From contig CM120643.1 in the NCBI GenBank assembly GCA_051362555.1, positions 23,006,848 to 23,070,847 of the forward strand: a stretch of 64,000 nucleotides of DNA, in the 5' to 3' direction. Position numbers and translations under genes: made by a program. The DNA comes from Lingula anatina. Lineage: Eukaryota > Animalia > Brachiopoda. Shown here piece after piece: positions 59,034-64,000 of this stretch. Numbering within the stretch: the stretch's first letter is position 1; every line of letters begins with the position of its first letter. The notes below the pieces were generated by a model that was given only the letters and a program-made list of their open reading frames with translations, did not search any database and was not told the origin of the DNA.

Positions 59034-60967
59034 TATAAAAAGTAGTGCAAAACTGACATACCATATATTTGTGTGGTAGATTTTCGTAAAACCAATGGCT
59101 TGAAAACTGCCAACAACAGATCATCGTTGCAAGTGTAGTAGACATGCAATCTACCTTAAAAAGACATGGGTCTCTGCTAAATACACAGTTTTATTGAGTT
59201 TTGGGGTTTATTGCCAGGTTTATTTATTATTTTTTATCTAGATTGAAATTATATCCAAACAAACTACATGTAGTATGTACCTGGGTAAAACATAGAAAAA
59301 TCCGTTTTTTTTATTTGTACGGTCATATAATGGTGATAATATAACGTCCACGGTACAAATTAGTGGCGTGACAAATCGAATGGAAGCCACCTGAGTAGTA
59401 AAATAAATAAACACGCCAGAGTTTCCAGAAAGTGGAGGAGTGAAGAGTGAATTAAATCAATGTAATTGCGTGCACAATAATTTTAGTATTTTAGCAGATG
59501 TAGTCTGTTTTATTAAAGAAATTCCAGGGTCACATTGCATGTCAGAATATTAACCCAGCTATGTATCTTGGTGAGGTAAAATATTTGGTTTGAGTTTCTG
59601 TAAATTTGCATCCTCTCGTCCGTACGCATGGGTATCTCTTTATGGATCACCCAGAAAACACTTTAATGAGTACCGATCTGAGATTCTAAAGCATTTACAA
59701 GAGGAAAAACATTACGTCGCGACCTCTTACTAAATTAATTGAAGAAACTGAATTTGATAAATGCAAATTGTGGAAGATAGATGACCTTGTAGACGACAAA
59801 GTCATAGTGAAATGATGAAATTTTCTCGATAAAACACTCATACTGGAAGCAACGAAGCAACAAAGAGTACCACATGGGCAGTACGCTGGTATTAGTGGTA
59901 AATTCTTTTGATGCCATGTAAACATGGTGAAGCCTTGTATTACTTCATTTATGGGCGAAATCAATAAGTCGCGCCTATCCTGAGTAACGCAGCTGAACAC
60001 GTCAAACAATCATTGCATTCTTATTCATAGAACACCCCAATTACACTCTCCAGTCACTGAAATAACTTTGAGAAGAAAAATGCCATGTGTCATATGTTTG
60101 AGTCAAGTTAGAGTCAAGCAGCGAATGGAAAATTCCATAATACATGTACATGTAGCGTATGCTCTGCTTTTGTGAAATGAATGCCCCCAATTTCCCCCGT
60201 GAGTTTTCTGTCCATTTGAAGGCTCCCATTCTTCGGTATAATCTTACGATATAATTTGATGCCCCAGTTCTTCGGCATTATATTTTTTTCAAGTGACCCA
60301 TATCTACTGCGGTCAGAGCCGAGTTCAAATTCGTGAGAAGACAAATTACAGTTACAGTTCTTTTTATATGCGTACTAGGTGGTGTCTAAGCAAACTTGAT
60401 AGTCTTCCAATTAAGCCGTCTTCGTCAGTCGAATAGGGGATCGGGGGTGCATAGAACTCTTTAAAACACTCGCACGGTATGTATTTTTAATAAGAATGTC
60501 TTAAGTGCGACCAGTACTTAACGGAAGAAGGTATCAGGTATGGGGTACTAAACGTAGCAATGTCTTAGACGTCCGGTCACCAATGATAGCTCATAATAGG
60601 TTTTGAAACAGCGCAGCATGCGCTTGCCTCTGATCGTGTAACTAGTGTAACTAGAGGTACGTTTCGTTTGCAAGCAGTTGAGGTTTGTCCGATGAGGCCT
60701 ATTCACAATGCACCTCCTTAGTTTGACGGAGAGACACTGTGCCGACCGTAGACAAGAACGACCAAGACTTGTGTGAATTTTGTGATCGCCGTGGTAAACT
60801 GGCACCACCTCAGTGTCATAATGTAAATTTAATAGTGATGTAAAATCAAGAGGGTGTCGATAAAAAAGACTGAATCCTTTATTTTTATTATTAGTGTTTG
60901 TACGTTTGGAGATACATTCCTTTGTCTTCCAGGAATTTTTCACCGCCAAATAACCTTCTCTGGCACC

Positions 60968-61109
60968 ATGGTATATTACGGTTACATAATACTAGGCGCA
61001 GTTTTATCGGCGTCTATATTTTTCGGAGGATCGGCCACATCTTGGTCTGAAATAGTCTCGGATTTTAACCAGCCTAACTCTGACATGTACAGTTCTGCTT
61101 TCGTGTTGG
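60968..61109 (+). CDS. Exon 1 of transporter copy 6 (duplicate of copy 4); remainder beyond the LINE and window edge
   Basis: MVYYGYIILGAVLSASIFFGGSATSWSEIVSDFNQPNSDMYSSAFVL is nearly identical to copy 4 exon 1 and has a GT donor. Intron 1 aligns to 51846-52369 up to the LINE insertion. Confidence 0.75.
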
Positions 61110-61298
61110 GTAAGTTGTTAACACCTCTCTCTCTCTCTCTCTCTCTGTTATGGATAATGAAGTATAGTTGATTTTTTCTGATTTTTACTGATTAATTTTT
61201 TTGCTAATTAACATTATGCTATATACGGCAAAATATAATGTTCATGTTGTTTAAAAGTATGGGATATTACAACAGAGTATCAATGCAATGATAACAAC

Positions 61299-61352
<54 letters not shown>

Positions 61353-61611
61353 CATTCAACCGTCTCATATTTTAAGTGTAAAAGGATCGTTATCACTCAT
61401 CACATTAGCTGGACAAAAATTAAAAGGCAACTGCACACGCCAGCGACATAAATAGGACTTAACCTCTCGTTTTGATTAGATTTTTTTCTCACACAGATTA
61501 TGGAAACGTGGCCATGTAATGTGCACTTCTTCACCTTCCTCAACTGAAAATTGTTTTTTAAGGTTGTAGGTTAACCGAAGAGGTTATTAAGTGCGTAAGG
61601 TGTAAGGTATC

Positions 61612-64000
61612 TTCATCATCATCATCATTTAGAGCCTATAGTGTTCCACTGTTGGACAAAGGCCTCAGCATGCTTTTTCCATTGTTTCCTATCCTGAGCC
61701 TCAGATTTCCAGTTTGGCCAAGGTTTCTTCTTCCAAGACTTCCAGTAGTCGTCTAATTCATCCCTCAATCGTTTGACCGGCCTTCCTCTTTTTCTTTGTC
61801 CATACCTTGGGGTCCATTCTGTAAGCCTGATTGTCCACCTATTGTCCTTCATTCTTTTGACATGTCCTGCCCACCTCCATTTCATTTCTTTAACTGTGAG
61901 TAGTACGTCCTTGACTTTGGTCTGTTCACGTAACCATACATTCGTTTTCCGCTCTCTTGGATTGATGTTCAACATAATTCTTTCCATCTTTCTCTGAGGT
62001 ACTTGTAGCTTGTGTTCCATGGAGGCATTCAGTGCCCACGTCTCTGAACCATAGGTGATTGCCGGCAGCACACAAGTATTGAACACTTTCTTTTTCAGGC
62101 AGGTAGGAAGGTTGCTCTTGAAGATGTCATTGTGCTTCCCATACGCTGCCCATCCTGCTTTTATCCTTCGTTGTATTTCTTTCTCCAGTGTTCGATCACT
62201 AAGGCTGAACCGTTGCCCAAGGTATATATACTCTTCCACTGCGTCTATCTCTTTGGTGTTGACTTTCACTGTGCAAGGGGTGGTTAGTGGTCCAAACATC
62301 ACATTTGTCTTGCTGGTGTTCATCTTTAGCCCACTTTTTGCGCTTTCATCTGCTAACGCCTGTAGCATTTCTTCTAGTTCTTTCGCATCATCTGCTACTA
62401 TTATGATGTCGTCTGCAAACCTAAGGTGATTGAGCCTGGTACCGTCTATGTTTATGCCCTTGTCTTGCCAGTCTAGCTCCCTGAATATACGTTCCAATGC
62501 TGCTGTGAACAGTTTAAGAGAGATTGTATCTCCTTGGCGTACACCTTTCTTGATCCTGATCTTATTGGTGGTCTTGTGTAGTTTGACTGTTACAGAGCTA
62601 TCGGTGTATATGTCCCTGAGGACGTCTACGTATCCATCTTCAATCCCTAGATCTTGCAGGGATGCCAGTATATACTGGGTTTCTACTGAGTCGAAGGCTT
62701 TTTCATAATCAACGAATGCTACACATAGTGGAATGTTATACTCGAGACATTTCTCTTTGAGCTGGTTGACAGTGTGCATATGATCAGTAGTGGTGTACTG
62801 GCCTCTGAAACCTGCTTGTTCCTTTGGCTGCGCTTCATCTAGTTGTCTTGTTAGCCTTTCGGTCAATATTTTGGTGTAAATCTTGTACAAATTAGAAAGT
62901 AGGCAGATGGGTCTGTAATTCTTGATGTCTTTCCTATTGCCCTTTTTGAACATTGTGATCATGTTGGCGTTCTTTCATGCTACAGGAATTTCCTTCAGAT
63001 GTAAGCACTTTGTGAAGAGCCTGGCTAATTCCTGAGATAGGATATCTCCTGCTTTTACCATTTCTGCTTTGATGTTGTCATTTCCTGCTTCCTTTCCGTT
63101 CTTCATTTTCTGGACTGCTGACTCTACTTCCCAAGCTGTTATGTCTGGTAGATCGCATGCCTTTGTTGAGATTTCTATTCCGTTGTTGCTGTCATACAAC
63201 TCTCCATAGAATTCTTCTACTCGTTCTAATATTTGGTCTTGTGTGGTGAGCTCATTTTCATCTTTGTCTAGAAGAGTCAGCATTCTATCCTGCCCTAGTT
63301 GAAAGGATCTCTTTGCTCTTTTCTTGCTCTTTCCATTTTCGATGGTCTCTGCTATCTTCTTCATGTTCTGCTTCCTGATGTCTTCCCTTGGCTTCTTCTT
63401 GATGGTCTTATCCAGTTCTGCATATTCGAAGTTTTTTCTGATGTCCCTGTTGTTGTTTACCTCCCTTTTCTTCATCATCCGTCTTTTCTTCATGAGAATC
63501 CTCGTTTCTGTTGAGAGCTTTGAGTCCTTCATTTTACTGGCCGGTGCGACTTCTGATGCACATTCTAGGATGGTGGTCGTTATTCTATCGTTCATTTCAT
63601 CTACTCCATCTTCACCTTCTAGCTCTAGTGTACTGAATCTGTTCGTTAGGAGGATTTGGAACTCGTCTTTCTTTATGACCAGTTGCTCGATACTAGGTCT
63701 CTTTGATGGATTTGACAGGCATTTCTGTCTGTCCTTCCTGACATTGATCCTTATCACTCCCATAACTGCTCTGTGGTCACTGCCCGCATCCGGTCTGTTT
63801 AGCACTTTCACATCCGTGAAGATGTTCGGTCTGTTTGTCATGATGTAATCAATTTCGTTTCTTGTACATCCATCTGGGCTTTGCCATGTCCATCTTCTTG
63901 ATATCTTCTTCTTGTAGACGGTATTCATGATCTTCAAGTTATTTGCTGTCGCCCATTCAATCAGTAAGTCTCCTCTTTCATTCCTCTCTCCGCTGCCAAA
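61612..64000 (-). mobile_element. RTE-clade non-LTR retrotransposon (APE endonuclease plus reverse transcriptase), 5' part outside the window
   Basis: One reading frame runs from the window end to 61625: endonuclease C-terminus (WTWQSPDG, EIDYIM, GSDHR), RT motifs (KNYRPICLL, EQAGFR, FVDYEKAFDSV, GVRQGD, LRFADDII, YIYLG) and an RTE-type tail (KWRWAGHV, RKRGRP). The 3' end is (TGA)n directly at the stop. The paralogous empty site is at about 52369. Confidence 0.93.
61625..63937 (-). pseudogene. RTE EN-RT polyprotein ORF interrupted by one in-frame TGA
   Basis: ORFs 62975-63937 and 61625-62962 are in the same frame: EIPVA*KNANMITMFKKG. The stop at 62975-62977 sits where Trp (TGG) is normally conserved. 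Confidence 0.85.

Larger units (their letters stand above)
57500..61612 (+). repeat. Segmental tandem duplication of about 47980-52370 (copy 3 3' half, intergenic region, copy 4 5' end)
   Basis: Colinear high similarity is visible across exons, introns and intergenic DNA (e.g. 49741-49800 vs 59020-59080; 50800-51240 vs 60110-60550). Confidence 0.9.

Noticed and set aside
57500-61612. Duplicate segment as an uncollapsed-haplotype assembly artefact
   Set aside because: It carries many substitutions, a nonsense codon, a deletion, an inverted MITE core and a private LINE, which fits a real older duplication better. Read depth would settle it.
62975-62977. In-frame TGA as possible selenocysteine or programmed readthrough
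   Set aside because: The position corresponds to a conserved Trp, one transition from TGG, and there is no 3' UTR to hold a SECIS.
61773-63848. Several + strand ORFs up to 174 aa
   Set aside because: They are antisense shadows of the RTE coding frame.

Overview
AT-rich, intron-dense animal genomic DNA, most likely a marine invertebrate bilaterian and probably a lophotrochozoan (inferred, not provable here). Four blocks are present. (1) A complete CPSF1/CPSF160 gene on + (35 coding exons, 7677-28039, about 1459 aa) with two GC-AG introns and a 31-nt microexon; its introns carry a Helentron-type (HINE) element with a 146-bp satellite and several PIF/Harbinger-like MITEs. (2) A convergent 4-exon MARVEL-domain (CMTM-like) gene on - (30174-32412). 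(3) A tandem array of divergent SLC16/MCT-like MFS transporter genes on +: four intact 6-exon copies, one truncated pseudogene, and a sixth copy whose first intron is interrupted by a LINE. (4) A young RTE-clade LINE on - (61612 to the window end) with a single in-frame stop. No prokaryotic system, CRISPR array, tRNA or rRNA was seen. I cannot support a claim of a wholly new biological system. The best leads are the diversifying transporter array, the TA-to-TA(NNNN)TA palindromic insertions visible between paralogs, and a thrice-repeated decayed ORF I cannot identify. All coordinates were counted by hand and may be off by a few bases.
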